Shown here piece by piece: positions 13,193-25,400 of a stretch of DNA of 64,000 nt. The DNA comes from Zygnema circumcarinatum SAG 698-1b (taxonomy: Eukaryota > Plantae > Zygnematophyceae). The first letter of the stretch is position 1; each line of letters starts with the position of its first letter. The position numbers and the translations under genes are program-made. Location of the stretch: the NCBI GenBank assembly GCA_037447605.1, contig CM074813.1, positions 124,001 through 188,000 of the forward strand, in the 5' to 3' direction. The notes below the pieces were generated by a model. That model had not been told where the DNA came from. It saw nothing but the letters and a program-made list of their open reading frames with translations, and searched no databases.

Positions 13193-16100
13193 TCACCGCA
13201 GGGCACTCGCCTCTGCCTCCGCCTTCTTCGCGAGGATTTTGTCCACCACGTGTGACATTTTGTCCCACACGATGGGTTTGCTAAGGAAGCCGTCCATGCC
13301 GGCTTCTTCGATTTCGGGCGCCATGGCGTCCGCTGTTAAAGCATATATCGGAATCTTTGAAACAGGAGAATCCAAGCTCCGAATTGCGCGTGTTGCGCTC
13401 AAGCCATCCTTTTGCAACACAACAAACTCGCAGCTGTCAGCGGAATGCACATACTAGAAAACAACGATCAACAAAACATGCTAGGTCGCACATATGAGCA
13501 TAAAAAGCAGGTGTGAAAGAGCCATGATGGTTACCAAAATGGGCATTTGCAGGTCCATGAGCACCATGTCGTACTCCTTCCCCTGCACAGCTTCCAGCGC
13601 CAACTTGCCATTCCCCACAAGCTCCACCTGCTCGCAGCAAACCACGAGTCAGCGTTAACGACATTTCATTCCGCCCCGTTCCATCCAACCCCCGCATGCC
13701 CACCCGTCCCCTAAAACCAACGCCAACCCATAGAATCTCCCATAGAAAGTTTATGTTTTTTTGATACCTCGTGCCCGTAATGCTTCAGAATTTTCCGAAT
13801 CAAAAGCTGATTCACTTTGTTGTCTTCCGCCACGAGAACCTTCAGTTTCCGATCTTCCAGAGTGCCTGCATTCCGCAATCGGCTGCTGTCTGCTGCGGCA
13901 CTACCACCTCCCTCCATCCCACTCTGAGCCGCCCTCACCGAGGGGGAAGCCATGGCCGGCGGCGTGGAGGCCCCTCTATCAGCCTGAAGCTGCTCGGGAG
14001 GGAGGAGAGGGATCAGCACTGTGAAGGTACTTCCGACTCCAACCTCACTCTCCGCCCATATTCTCCCTCCCATCAGAGAGAGAAGTCCTCTGCAAATGGC
14101 TAGACCAAGGCCGGTGCCTTGCTCACTGCAAAAGAGCAAGAGCACAAAGGGAGGGGCAAACACGGGCACTCGCACGGGTCATTGAGAAGGTGAAATCGAA
14201 AGCAACAGGAGCACCGGCATACTTCATCCTCACTTCGCTCCCAATTCTCATCCCTGTCCCTCATTTCTATCTCGTTCTGTTTCGTCTCCCTTACCCCACT
14301 TGGCTCAGCCATCTCTCCTTTCTCTCCTTACCTCACACCCATGAATCCGCTCTCACTCTATTGCCTGTTTCCAACCCCCCCCCCTCCCCCTACTCTTCCC
14401 CCCCTCCCTCCCTGTTATCACTCCCTTCTCATCCCTTTCTTCACTCTCGTTGTTTCCCCTCCGTTTCTCCATTTCTCCATTTCTATCACTCTCACTGTCT
14501 CTCAATCCCCTCCTCTCCCTTACTTCCCACACCCTCCCCCGGACCTCCTCCATAGCCTCATAGCACCCTTCCCTCCCATTCCTCCCTACACCGTCCTCTC
14601 TCCTTCTCTCTCTCTCTCCCTCACATTCCTACCGCAGGTGCGACACTGTCTGCGATCCCTCAAAGGCGCGTCGCAGATCCTCCTGCGTCATGCCGCACCC
14701 GCTGTCCGCCACACTGATTTCAAACCACTGCCGCGTGTCCTCCTCGCTCTCCCCCTCCCTCATCCCTTCTCCCTCCCTCTCCCTCTGCTTCTGTTCCTCT
14801 CGTAACCTCGCCTCTCCGGCAGGGCCATTTCCTCCCCAACCGCGACACCTGGCACACAGCAACTTGTCTGCGGTTTCCGTGAATTCCCCGACCAATACCT
14901 CTACGACACCTGGCACAACGGAACGGGATGGAACGCGTTCTTCCGGTTGACATTCAGTTTCACAAACGGAGCAGCGACTGTCTCCCCCAACCGTTCCCTC
15001 CGCATCCATCACAACGACCGGTTCATCGACATGTGACGACGGACGGAACATTGGCTGCTCCACAAATGCAGTAGAGTCCCCTGTATAGGTAGTTTTCATA
15101 TTGATGGGGTCCCACGTAGGGGAGGAGGACATGCTAATCGGAGAATTATCTCCCGATTGAGGCGGGCTCATAGAACGCTGACCTGTCAGCACAGAGAGCT
15201 CATTACAGGGCCACGTGGTGGACCTTTCCGGCATTCTTGAGTCGAAAGAACGATTTTTCCGAGGACTGAATCGGAGGTTATCCAGTTCGTGTCGTTTACT
15301 TTCGTGTTTGGGAGTGGCTGGGTTGAGTTTTGGGGGAGGGGCGGCTTCCCGCCAGACAACGAGAACATGGCCTTTGTCTGTAAATTTTATTGCATTGCTG
15401 ACGAGGTTGGCAATAATCTGAACACAACAACAGAAACAGGGGAGGGGTAAAGAAAAGAGAGAAACAAAGTCCGAGGGGTCCCCGTGAAGGAAAAACAAGT
15501 TGGGGGGGTGACGAACAAAGAGGAGAACTACTATTCCGTTCCTATCTTTCTTTTGTATTATTCCTTTCATGCGTGATTGTTTTCTCTCTAACACATGAAG
15601 AGGGGCGAGAAGGCCAAACGGGATAACTGTAAGGAATAAGCGCATAGGAAGAAGAAACAACCGACCTGCTTTAACCTAACGGGATCCCCTCTCAACGCCT
15701 GCACTTTTGGTTGCTCGAACTTGAGTTGTAAATGCTTTTCCTCTGCTTGTCGTTCGTATATCATCTTCACCTGCCAGGTGGCGCACAGCCCCGGTCCCCG
15801 TCAGAACCTAAAGCACCACTTGATTCACATGCCAAAACAACCCCATGCCCAATTTTCTCCCCTCACACTTCATCACACATTGCAATTCCAAGCCTGCCAA
15901 ATACATACAAGTTAAAAACTGGTTTTCAGAAGACTAGCCAAAACATCGAAATCCGGTCGACCCTTGTTCAGTGCATCTCTCGAGCCTTCCCTCTCAAGGT
16001 TCACCTGCTCCAACACCTCCGCCAGCAAAAAGTCTATCTCCTCCAGCATGAGCCGCTCTGCCTCCATTTTGCAGAAGTCAAGGATGTTGTTGATGACCGT

Positions 16101-18766
16101 CATCAGCCCCTCCGCGGAGCTCTGCATCACTGCCAACAGCTGCAGCTGCTCCTTCTCCATGGAAGTCAGCTTCAGCAGGTCCAACATGCCCAGCACGCCT
16201 GCACCGCATAGCACACGACGACAAACAATCTCGATGTGGAAGCAGGACAAGCAACTTTGCTGCGAAAGGAAAGAAAGCGGGGAGGAAAGAAGGGGAAGAG
16301 AAAGAACGACAGGGAGGGGGCCGGGAAGAAGGGTAGAGAAAACGAGAGGGCGAGAGAGAAAGAGCGTAAAGAAAAGGGGGGAGAGTAGAAAACCTGTCAT
16401 GGGTGTTCTGAGTTCATGGCTCATCATTGCCAGAAACTGCGACTTGGCATGATTGGCCGCCTCTATCGCCTCTCTCGCCTCTCTCTCCGCCGTGAGATCT
16501 TCGAATATCCAGAGCCGCCCGTGAGCCGCGTTCACATTGGAGCTGATCGGGAACGACTGCACGCGCAGCACTCTCCGCGGGTCCGCCAACTGCCACTCCT
16601 CCTCAATCACAGAGTTCGCAGTCCCCGCCACCATGCTGAACCACCTGTTGTATATCGTGGAAGAAAAAAACAGCTCATTTTAGGTTTTAAAAGGACTTGT
16701 TTCACTCGTGATGAACTATCTCAGTCTATTGAGTGAGTCGGTTATTCATTATTCCAAACTTTCTCACCTCTGCAAGTCAGATCTCGAGCCGCTTCGCTCC
16801 GCTAACTGACGCATAGAACCCGCCACCTTTACTGGGTCCACCTCCCCATAGCATGGAAGCTCTAACAGTTCTGCGGCTGCCGGATTCACAACGACTTGAC
16901 CTAATTCATCGTCGACAAGGACAACAGCTTGCGGAATTCTTTTCAAAATTGCGTCGAATTGGTGCCCTAGCCTTTCAGATTTCCGTGCGCTCATCCGATT
17001 GGCCAAGAGGAGCGGAAAAGATTTCGCTGCATGTGACATAACAAAAAAAGCGCTCGGTTGTACTCGTTTTGAGTCGACCCAAAGAGCATAAATGACACCT
17101 TCGTATCTGTGCAAACAAATGGAGAAGAAACAGTGAGGATCTAAAAGTGAACTAGTTCGAGAATCCCAGTTATTTTACCTTAAAAAAAAATCTACATGGG
17201 GTGACTGAACATACTCTTCAAGTTGAATGAGGCAGCCTTGGAATGCTGTCGGCCGGCCTCCTAAACCCTCCTTAAATGAGTTTGGAAACTGCTGCCACGA
17301 TTCGATATTTACTACCTGATTGGGAAAAAAGAATATCGTGAAAAAATAGTTTTGAAAATTCTGATCTCCAGATTCAGCCTTCTACATGGTGAGCAGAGCC
17401 CGTGGGCTCAATCCAATGGCTCTTGACATAAATGGAGAGCGCATTTGGAACATGGGTTCCAAAGACCAACAGGTTTCCCTTGAAACTAGCTTGTCCATAT
17501 ATTAACATGAAATTTGTGATGGAGCATCGTCCATCCCTCGTTCTCACCAGCCTCGCATGGTTTGATGTTACTTCAATGTCTAAATGCTGTACAAACCCTT
17601 ATACTTTGCGTTGAATAGAATTCTTCTCTGTTCTTGGTTTTGGTGTTTCTGAATCTTAGAACTATTGACGACTATGGTGCATTAGGTCTCCAAGACTTCT
17701 GAATTTCGGCTGTATAAAAAATCCGAAGCCTTTCAGCATTTTTTAGACACTCAATTCCCGCTTTCCCTCTCCCCGCTTCACCAGCCTCTCACCACCACCG
17801 CCACCCCCCCCCCCCCCAACACCCAACCTTCCACCCCCACTCCTCCCCGTCTCCTTTGCAACCCTCCCATCCTCCTCCCACTCTTCCTTTTGCCTCTCAC
17901 CTTCTCACCCCTCTCCTCCCTTCCAACCTCGGCCTCCCTCTTCCCCCCTCTTCNNNNNNNNNNCCCCCCCCCCCCCCCCCCAAAAAAATCCTGCCCCCGT
18001 TCCCCCCTTCCTCTTCCCTCTCCCTCCCCCATCTTTTCACCTTCCATTTCCCTCCCCCTCCTTTCTCTCTTTCTCTCTCTCTCTCTCTCCTTTCATTTCT
18101 CTCCCTCATTTCCCTTTTCCCCTTCCCCTTCCCTCTCCCTCGCCCCCATTTCCCTCCTTCCCCTTCCCCTTCCCTCTCCCTCTCCACCACCACTCCCTCT
18201 CCCCTCTCCCCTCTCCCCCTCAGGCGCACCTGGCCGGTGAGGCTGTCGAGCGCCTCGTGCGGGAAGAGGACGGCGTCGGGCAGCGCGGCGGGCGGGCACG
18301 CGAGCACGGTCTCGGCGAGGCGCGCGGGGCGCCGCGCGGAGCGGTGCAGCACGCCCACCGCCACGCCGTCCGCGCGCAGCGCCGTCCGCACCGCGCGCAC
18401 CACCGCCGCCGCCAGCCCGCCCTCGCCCCGTGCGGGGCTCTCGCCCTCGCTCCCAAACACGGACCGCACGGGCGCCGCCCCCCGCCCCGCCGCCCCCGCG
18501 GGGTACCCCCCCCGGGACCCCTCGCCGCCGTACGCGTCCACCATGGAGCCCAGCTGCTTCTCACTGTGCGCGTGGCGGCCGGAGGACCCGCCACGTAGGA
18601 CAAGGCGGATGAAGTCGGCGAGGTGGCCGTCCGAGCCGGTGGGAGAGGGCGCGGGAGAGGTGGTGCGAGGAGAGGGATCATTGCCGCCATGGCCGCCCGT
18701 ATCGGAGTTGTTCCATGCGACTAACGGGGAGTGGGCAGCGCCGTAGGCGTGCTGCCGGGGGTCCAT
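13193..18766 (-). CDS. Hybrid histidine kinase: GAF-like, PAS, HisKA, HATPase, receiver; multi-exon
   Basis: PAS-like [33 protein letters not shown]-box [20 protein letters not shown]-box [22 protein letters not shown]1 VADSGCGM. G2 GTGLGLAIC...GVGSTF. Receiver [11 protein letters not shown]...VLMDLQMP...IPIYALTA...FLSKP. Stop ends at 13193. Confidence 0.9.
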
Positions 18767-18958
18767 TGCCGCGCTCAGGGCTCAAGGGTCAGGGCGGCAT
18801 GGGCAAGGCGGGTTCCATCACAACGGGACCTTGAGCCCCGGAGGGCGGCTCTGAGTCCTCCCGGTGCAGCAGCGGCGGGTTTAGGGCCTCCAGGGCCTGA
18901 GCGAGGCTCTGCGGCGCGAGGGCGAGCGAGCGAAGCGAGCAACGAGCGCAGTAGGGCG

Positions 18959-19147
18959 AGGGCGGAGGGCGGAGGGCGGAGGGCGGAGGGCGGAGGGCGG
19001 AGGGCGGAGGGCGGAGGGCGGAGGGCGGAGGGCGGAGGGCGGAGGGCGGAGGGCGGAGGGCGGAGGGCGGAGGGCGGAGGGCGGAGGGCGGAGGGCGGAG
19101 GGCGGAGGGCGGAGGGCGGAGGGCGGAGGGCGGAGGGCGGAGGGCGG
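18959..19147. repeat. Perfect tandem heptamer (AGGGCGG) x about 27
   Basis: Read directly. 189 bp of uninterrupted repeat about 190-380 bp upstream of the histidine kinase ATG. Confidence 0.95.
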
Positions 19148-19174
19148 AGAGGCGGAAGTGGAGGGCGCGGTCTC

Positions 19175-19231
19175 GGGAGGGAGGGGAGGGAGGGGAGGGA
19201 GGGGAGGGAGGGGAGGGAGGGGAGGGAGGGG
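19175..19231. repeat. Tandem nonamer (GGGAGGGAG) x6
   Basis: Read directly, adjacent to the heptamer array. Confidence 0.9.
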
Positions 19232-20548
19232 AAAGGTTCGGCTGCCCGGGCCGGCCGGGCACTGCCCGAAATTTATTGTTCCTATTTCCACATTGCAAAC
19301 TTGCGGATAACCTTAGTTTTCGGTCAGTCTGAATTATTTTGACCGTTGAAGTAGGAACGGCGCCCAGTTCTGCGCGTGCCAATCAGCAATAAGATTGGCC
19401 ATTTGACAAAAAACACCCACTCAGTGTGCGCCACGTGTAGGAAAAACATTGCGGGCAGGCTCATCCCAATATTCGCAGATCGCAGTCCTTTTCGGACAAC
19501 GGAATCTTGCTACGCACTTCGAGAGTGACACGTGCCCACGCCAGGGGGGTCACCGACATTGGCGTTTTGTCGTGTTCAAAGACCGCTACACCGCGCGCAG
19601 CTGGCGGCGTACAACGATAAAAAGTGCACCGGCATTGCGTACGGCAGTTTGTCGCTACGCGCAAGGACGGGAAGCGGACTGGGGACTGCCCGCCGTCACT
19701 CTCTACGCGGAAACTACGAGTGCACGGATAGACCCGCTAGCGGCGTATTGTTGCGCTCAACATCAAAACTCGGACGTTTCATGCCACTGCACAACATTGA
19801 CATTTCCCCTCCCTAGTCACTCCGAACTCGCCTTTCTGTTCGCGTGACAACGGCATGAAGGGCAGCGCTCCGCTACGATGGCTTGCTCTGCCTCCAAGCA
19901 TGCGCGCTGCTTGGGCCGGCGTTGCATCGCTCTGAAGGACTTATAAAAACGGCACAATGTGCGCATGGACATCACGTCATCGGCACTATTGTCCGCATGT
20001 TTCGGGAGAGCCTTTTGCAGTTGTGGATGCCAAGCATCGGTCGCCCTCGATGAGAATCATGAGGGGATAGGTTTGCACACGAAGCAGCAAACCTGGAAAG
20101 AAGAATCAGTCAAGGGACGGGCATGCTTTACCCTGGTTGAAAAAAGCATCCAACAGTGCACCGACACTTTTGCTTTATCGCAGTGCTTGGATTTTTTCGA
20201 TGTTCAAGGGATGTGTCCCTTTGAACCATGCTGCAGAGCTTCTGATATCCCCACCCTCATCATCACGATCTACTCATGGTCCCTGAACTTTGCGGGTCTA
20301 AAACGACCCACCTAGCGATTTTATTCATTTTACCAATTAGTTGCATTACAACACTCAATACAATCTGAGGCCGCTACTTGTGCTTAGAGCCAGCATGGCC
20401 CTTCAAGCAGTGATGCCTTCAGCGTTAACCCTCCTCACCCCTCCTTTGACTTCGGTCTCCTGATCTTTAGACAACCAGCCAAGAAGCGAGGTCTCACGTA
20501 TTCGTAAGGGCAGGTTACTTGCGAGTCCTTGTTACTGCTCTCGCGCTC

Positions 20549-22229
20549 TTACTTATCGAGTGTCAATTCCGCAATGTCTCGCCTCACACATTGTTTCAAA
20601 GTGCGGTCGTAGAGATAGCCGGGGGCACACACGGGCACACACGGGCACACACGCCTTTACATTTGGATCGTAGAAAAATCCAATGGGGCAGGAATCTGAG
20701 GAGGAGAGTAGCCCTCGTGCCAGCCACGCAATGGCTGACTGCAGCACATTTCGGTTCGGTGCATGGAACGAGCCCTGCACAAATAACAAGCATGTGCGCA
20801 GTCAGCAAAGGATAAGCCAACCTGTTGCTGCCCAGTCTCGTGGCTCTAGCTCCATGCCACCTCTATCCCCTTCCGCAACCATTAAAGAAACTGTTGGGGT
20901 CACAGAGTACCTGAGGGAGGACACATGCGTCCAAAGCGGCGTCATACGCATACCCCGTGTCGCACTGCGTGTCGGGGACGCATGTTCCATCGCGCATCAC
21001 GAAGCCCTCGCTGCACTGCTCGACAGCAAGGACACACGAGCGGGTCGTGGGATCGAACCGGTAGCCCTCCCGGCAGACATATACGCACGCTTGAGTTCGA
21101 GGATCCAAATAGCGCCCCTCCCCGCATGTGTTCGGTTCATAAACTCGCTCCGCTAATGCCTTCACCACCCTGGATACAACAGTGCGAAAGGTTTAATTTG
21201 TTTTGTGCATGCAAACGCCGACATGCGATTCGACTGATTCTATTAGTTTACACTTTACTGTGAAATATCCTGCAATAAAAATTTCAAGAACTCATCCAGC
21301 TGAACATTGGTTGAACCAATTTACAGGTTATGGTTGGCATTCAAGGGCAATACTCGGTTTCAACAGGCCAGCATGTGCTTTGTAATGATCACAGTTGGTC
21401 CCCGGGTTCTATGTGTAACGCATCTGACGCACCATGCGGGTATTCTCGCCCAATCTACGGCAGCGACTGTCCCGAGAGCAGACCCCCCTCGAGTGCCGCG
21501 TTTCTTGCCTGAAGTTTCGAAGCTATACAACATCAGTACAACGAAGGATTGCACAGGATAAATGTTTAAAATATTTATCCTTATCTTTATCTTGAAAAAC
21601 ACGAATATTGTTCCAAAACTGTGAGGAGTACTTCACTATCAATATAATCTCACTGAGGTTTACACTTTCACGAATCGAACTTCCATCAGGGAATTCACCA
21701 ATGTCTTTCAACCAATTTACCAACTAAAACGTCTTTAAATCTACTGAACATTTTTTTCTTGGATAGAAAGAAAGAGACAAGCATGAGCACACATTATTGA
21801 CAAAAGCGGCACTTGCCAAAAGAGAATCCAATGATGCGTAGAAGGAAGAGTTGCCAACAGATGCTTCATTCGAAAACATTTGGAACATCTCCCCCAATTC
21901 ACAAAATATTTTCCAAATTTATAACAAACCATGGTGTAAGGTACAAAGAGAAAAAAAAATAAAAGAAAACAAAAGAAATGAAGAGCAGGCTGCCTCTGTG
22001 AGCCAAGCCAAGCGTCGCTGCCATTCTTGGAAGCATCACCTGCAGAGCTCTCCAGCTTCAGGACCGCGTCGTGCCAGCTGGCAGGACCCCCTCCCCCCTG
22101 TCGTCTCCGTTCGCCACGTGGCCGCAGAAATGAGCTGACACGCGGAATTGACGCTGAGCTGGGTGCCGCCGAAGCCTGCCAGCTGGCAGCCAGTGCTCCT
22201 CCGACTGGAAGGGGGAAGGCGGCAGCCAT
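20549..22229 (-). CDS. Unrecognised multi-exon protein with tandem Cys-rich CxxG[FY]x[FY]D-x(4-5)-C repeats. Possibly frameshifted (pseudogene or assembly error).
   Basis: Exon from 21169 encodes CGEGRYLDPRTQAC, CREGYRFDPTTRSC, CSEGFVMRDGTC and CDTGYAYDAALDAC. Downstream exon encodes CPIGFFYDPNVKAC and, after removing a 10-bp duplication, CAPGYLYDRTLKQC. Phase-compatible upstream exons lie at about 21510-21435 and 21723-21602. Linkage to ATG 22229 (Ala/Ser-rich, transit-peptide-like) is inferred. Confidence 0.55.
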
Positions 22230-22364
22230 GGAGGTGCCACGTGTTCCAAACGTTAGGGCTTATGAGACACGTAGACGCACAAGAAGATGCCACGTGGCCG
22301 GCTATGTCCACGCGATGAGGATGCGGGCTTGGGCGACAGGCGCAGAGGGCCACAGCGACGATAG

Positions 22365-22412
22365 GCCATGCCATGCCATGCCTTGCCATGCCATGCCATG
22401 CCGTGCCATGCC
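22365..22412. repeat. (GCCAT)n pentamer microsatellite in the divergent promoter between the Cys-repeat gene and COG3
   Basis: About 9 copies with two variant units (GCCTT, GCCGT). Confidence 0.9.
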
Positions 22413-22485
22413 CCTCATGATCCAACCCAATAGCGTCCGTCGCAGCGAGGTGGCCGATATATCGCGATACAGCGAAGCCAGGCCT

Positions 22486-25400
22486 ATGGCTTCCCCGCAG
22501 TCCTCGGAGCTCCTCCGCACGCGCCTCATGGCAGCCGCAGCGCCCCGTCAAGCCGGCCCGCCCCTGCCGGGGGCGCGGCCACCTGGCAGCACCTTGCCCG
22601 CAGGAGATGCCACGCGTCCGGCGGCCGTGAGCAAGGGCTACAACTTCCAGTCCACGTGGGAGCAGGTGAGTGGCTCAGTGTCTCCCCACGGTTCGTATGC
22701 TGACACGTGTCGCCTCTGGATTTAGCTGGAGGAGACCTTTTAGGGGGGAGGAGCTGTGGATGAATTAGGGTTCATACTTTATGGCTCAGGAGTTTGGGGG
22801 TTGTGGGAAGTTAGGGTTTGAAATTTGGTTTCAGGGGATCAGTCCTTGAGGGAATAAGGTAATGAGCAAGAAAGTGATCGAAAATGACAATGTGAGGATG
22901 AAAATCTTTCCAGCCCGAAGGCTTGTGCGACATTTAGGGTTAAATACCTGGTTCAGAGCTCAAGTTCATTCTCCGGAAAGAGACGAAGAAGAGATTTGAG
23001 GTCGTTGGGACGATCGTTGACGGATAGCTCAACACAAGTCGATGAATCAATGCTCGTCTATAGAGAATGCGTGGAATAACGACCGCGCCCACCAATCCTA
23101 GCTCAATGAGTGTCAATAGCAGCAACATATTATCAACTTTATTCTGATTAGGTCAACGATTTAGATTGCCAATCCGTGGACAATATCACGTAGGCTGATG
23201 GTCGTATTAACAACCATTACGTCAACAACAATCGGATTCACATTGTAGGCAAGGGTCATATCGGATATCACGACCCCAACTCTTCCCTCTCTCGCTCGTT
23301 TATTGCCTAACCCCCAAACTGTACCTTGATTAAAGTTCATTTAGTTCTGGACCCTTAATGTTGTCTCCTGAATGCTGAGATCTGAACTCGAACTTTACAC
23401 TAAATCCGTCAAATTCGTAAGCTCTAAGTCCCTTTCTTCATCTGAACTTCTAATTCCAAACGAGAAACTAAAAATCCAAGAAAGAATATGCGAGTTAAAT
23501 TTGAAGGTCCTTGCAATTGGAAGCTGGTCGTAAGCCATATGTTCTTTGTCCTAAAGTTTAAGCCTGAACTGCAAACCGGTGTTGGAGAAACGGTTCTTAT
23601 CAGCTGGGCTTCACTGCAGAAGCTCCTTTAATGCTCCAACGTTGTTTGCATGTCCATACAAATGTTCCAGTTTCAAGATCTGAACTAGGGGCAATAGTGC
23701 GACAATGTGGTATGTGGTATGTGGTATGTGGTAGAGATTGAAGTATTTTCCAGTGCTCTGAAATTTTTCCTTATTACTTGTATGATTGAAGTGCAGAATG
23801 CGATCCTTTCGGAGGAGCAGCTGGCAGCTATTGCCGTGCTGGCCCAAGTTGCAGCAGAGCGCCCTCTTCCTCCTCACGTGGTAAGATCCATTCGCTTGCA
23901 CGAGAGGTGGAGAGGCACAGATAGGGAGCGACAAGGGAAGGGGGAAGGTGGGGGGAGAGGGAGAGGGGACGAGGAGGGGGGGATAGGGGGAGTGGGACGA
24001 GGGAGGGGAGGGAGAGAGGAGGGAGAGAGGAGGAGGAGGAGGTGAGGTCCCTGTCCACGTTTGTTTTCCCGTATCGGCGTGGTACGGAAAAGGAACTCAG
24101 TGAGCCGAGTTCGATGTCATCTGCCTTCCAAAGCCAGCACGCTCTTTGCGTATTTCAAAGTGTCTATGTTTGCGCGATCAAACCTGGAACCTGACAGGAG
24201 GGAGTTGGTGAGGGAGTTGCAGAAAGGCCCCCGGTCGCAGGAGGTCGTAGCGGCCAATGAGGGGCCGCTGTCTGACGGAGGCGGTGGGGATGTCGCTCTC
24301 TCCAACAGCCACCAGGTGGGAGAATGGGGCCCCTCATGGAGAAGCTTTCGGCTCAAAATTCAGACTTCTTGTCATTTGGGGACCCGCAGATTGTTGGATG
24401 GAGCAGTTGGTTGATCCTGGTGTTTTTGACACTCGTGCAGTTCTACAAATGGCATTCAGATTTGGAGGCAGCCATGAAATCTGAGGTGGGTTCATTGACA
24501 TATTTCATGTACCATGTTAGCAATGTCGAAGCTGTGGGCTACAATTGGCATGCATGTGATGTAATGGGTTTTATCCATTTTATTGCCGCGGGATTGATGG
24601 GGCTATTTTTGAGCATCTTACCTTTTTTCCAGACGGAGGAGAAGTATCGGCGATATGTCAATGCACTTACTCTTCATTTGGAGACGTGCGACAGCATTCT
24701 TGGACAAGTGAGTGCCTATCAAATCCAAAACAAAGGTATTGTCCTGATTTGAAATTCAACATCGTTCACAATCCTTCTCTCGCTAACTCGTTTAACATGG
24801 TTGAAAAGAGGTAAGCTAGAAAATTTTCCAATCTACACATGTAGGCTGAGTTTACACTAAGTCATGCTCATTGACAATTTTGACACGGAAAAGTTCGCCT
24901 TCCTCTATAGGTGAAGTCTGTCTTATCCCTATTCCTGTATGCTTTCTTGCAGGTGGACTCTACCCTAACGCTGTTCGATGACCTGCAGTCGCAGCATCAA
25001 GCCGTGGCGACAAAGACCAAAAGTCTTCATGATGCATGCGAACGCCTGGTGTGGTTTAACATCAATATCTCCTCCTGGGATTAACTGGCCCTTCAGAGCA
25101 CCAACATGAAGTCAGAGAAAGCAAAAGTTGGTTAAGGCGGAGCGCAGGAGGTGTAAGATATGATGGTGGGGTCTTGAAATGTTTGGTTTGGTGGCGGGCA
25201 GGTGCTCGAAAAGGAAAGGCTCATCGAATTCGCCGACGCGCTGCGGAGCAAACTGAACTATTTCGACGAGCTGGAGAAGGTCAGAATGGGCTCTAGGATT
25301 AGGACTGCCGGAAACATCCAAGGATGTTGCACCCTATAGGGCCATGCTTAGGGGGTCGAAGCATAGAAAGGAGGGTGACGTGTTATGCAGAAATCCCAAA

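Noticed and set aside
17778-19382. Long ORFs with RAEGG/SALRPPP/PSP repeats
   Set aside because: Translations of simple repeats and antisense frames of a GC-rich exon.
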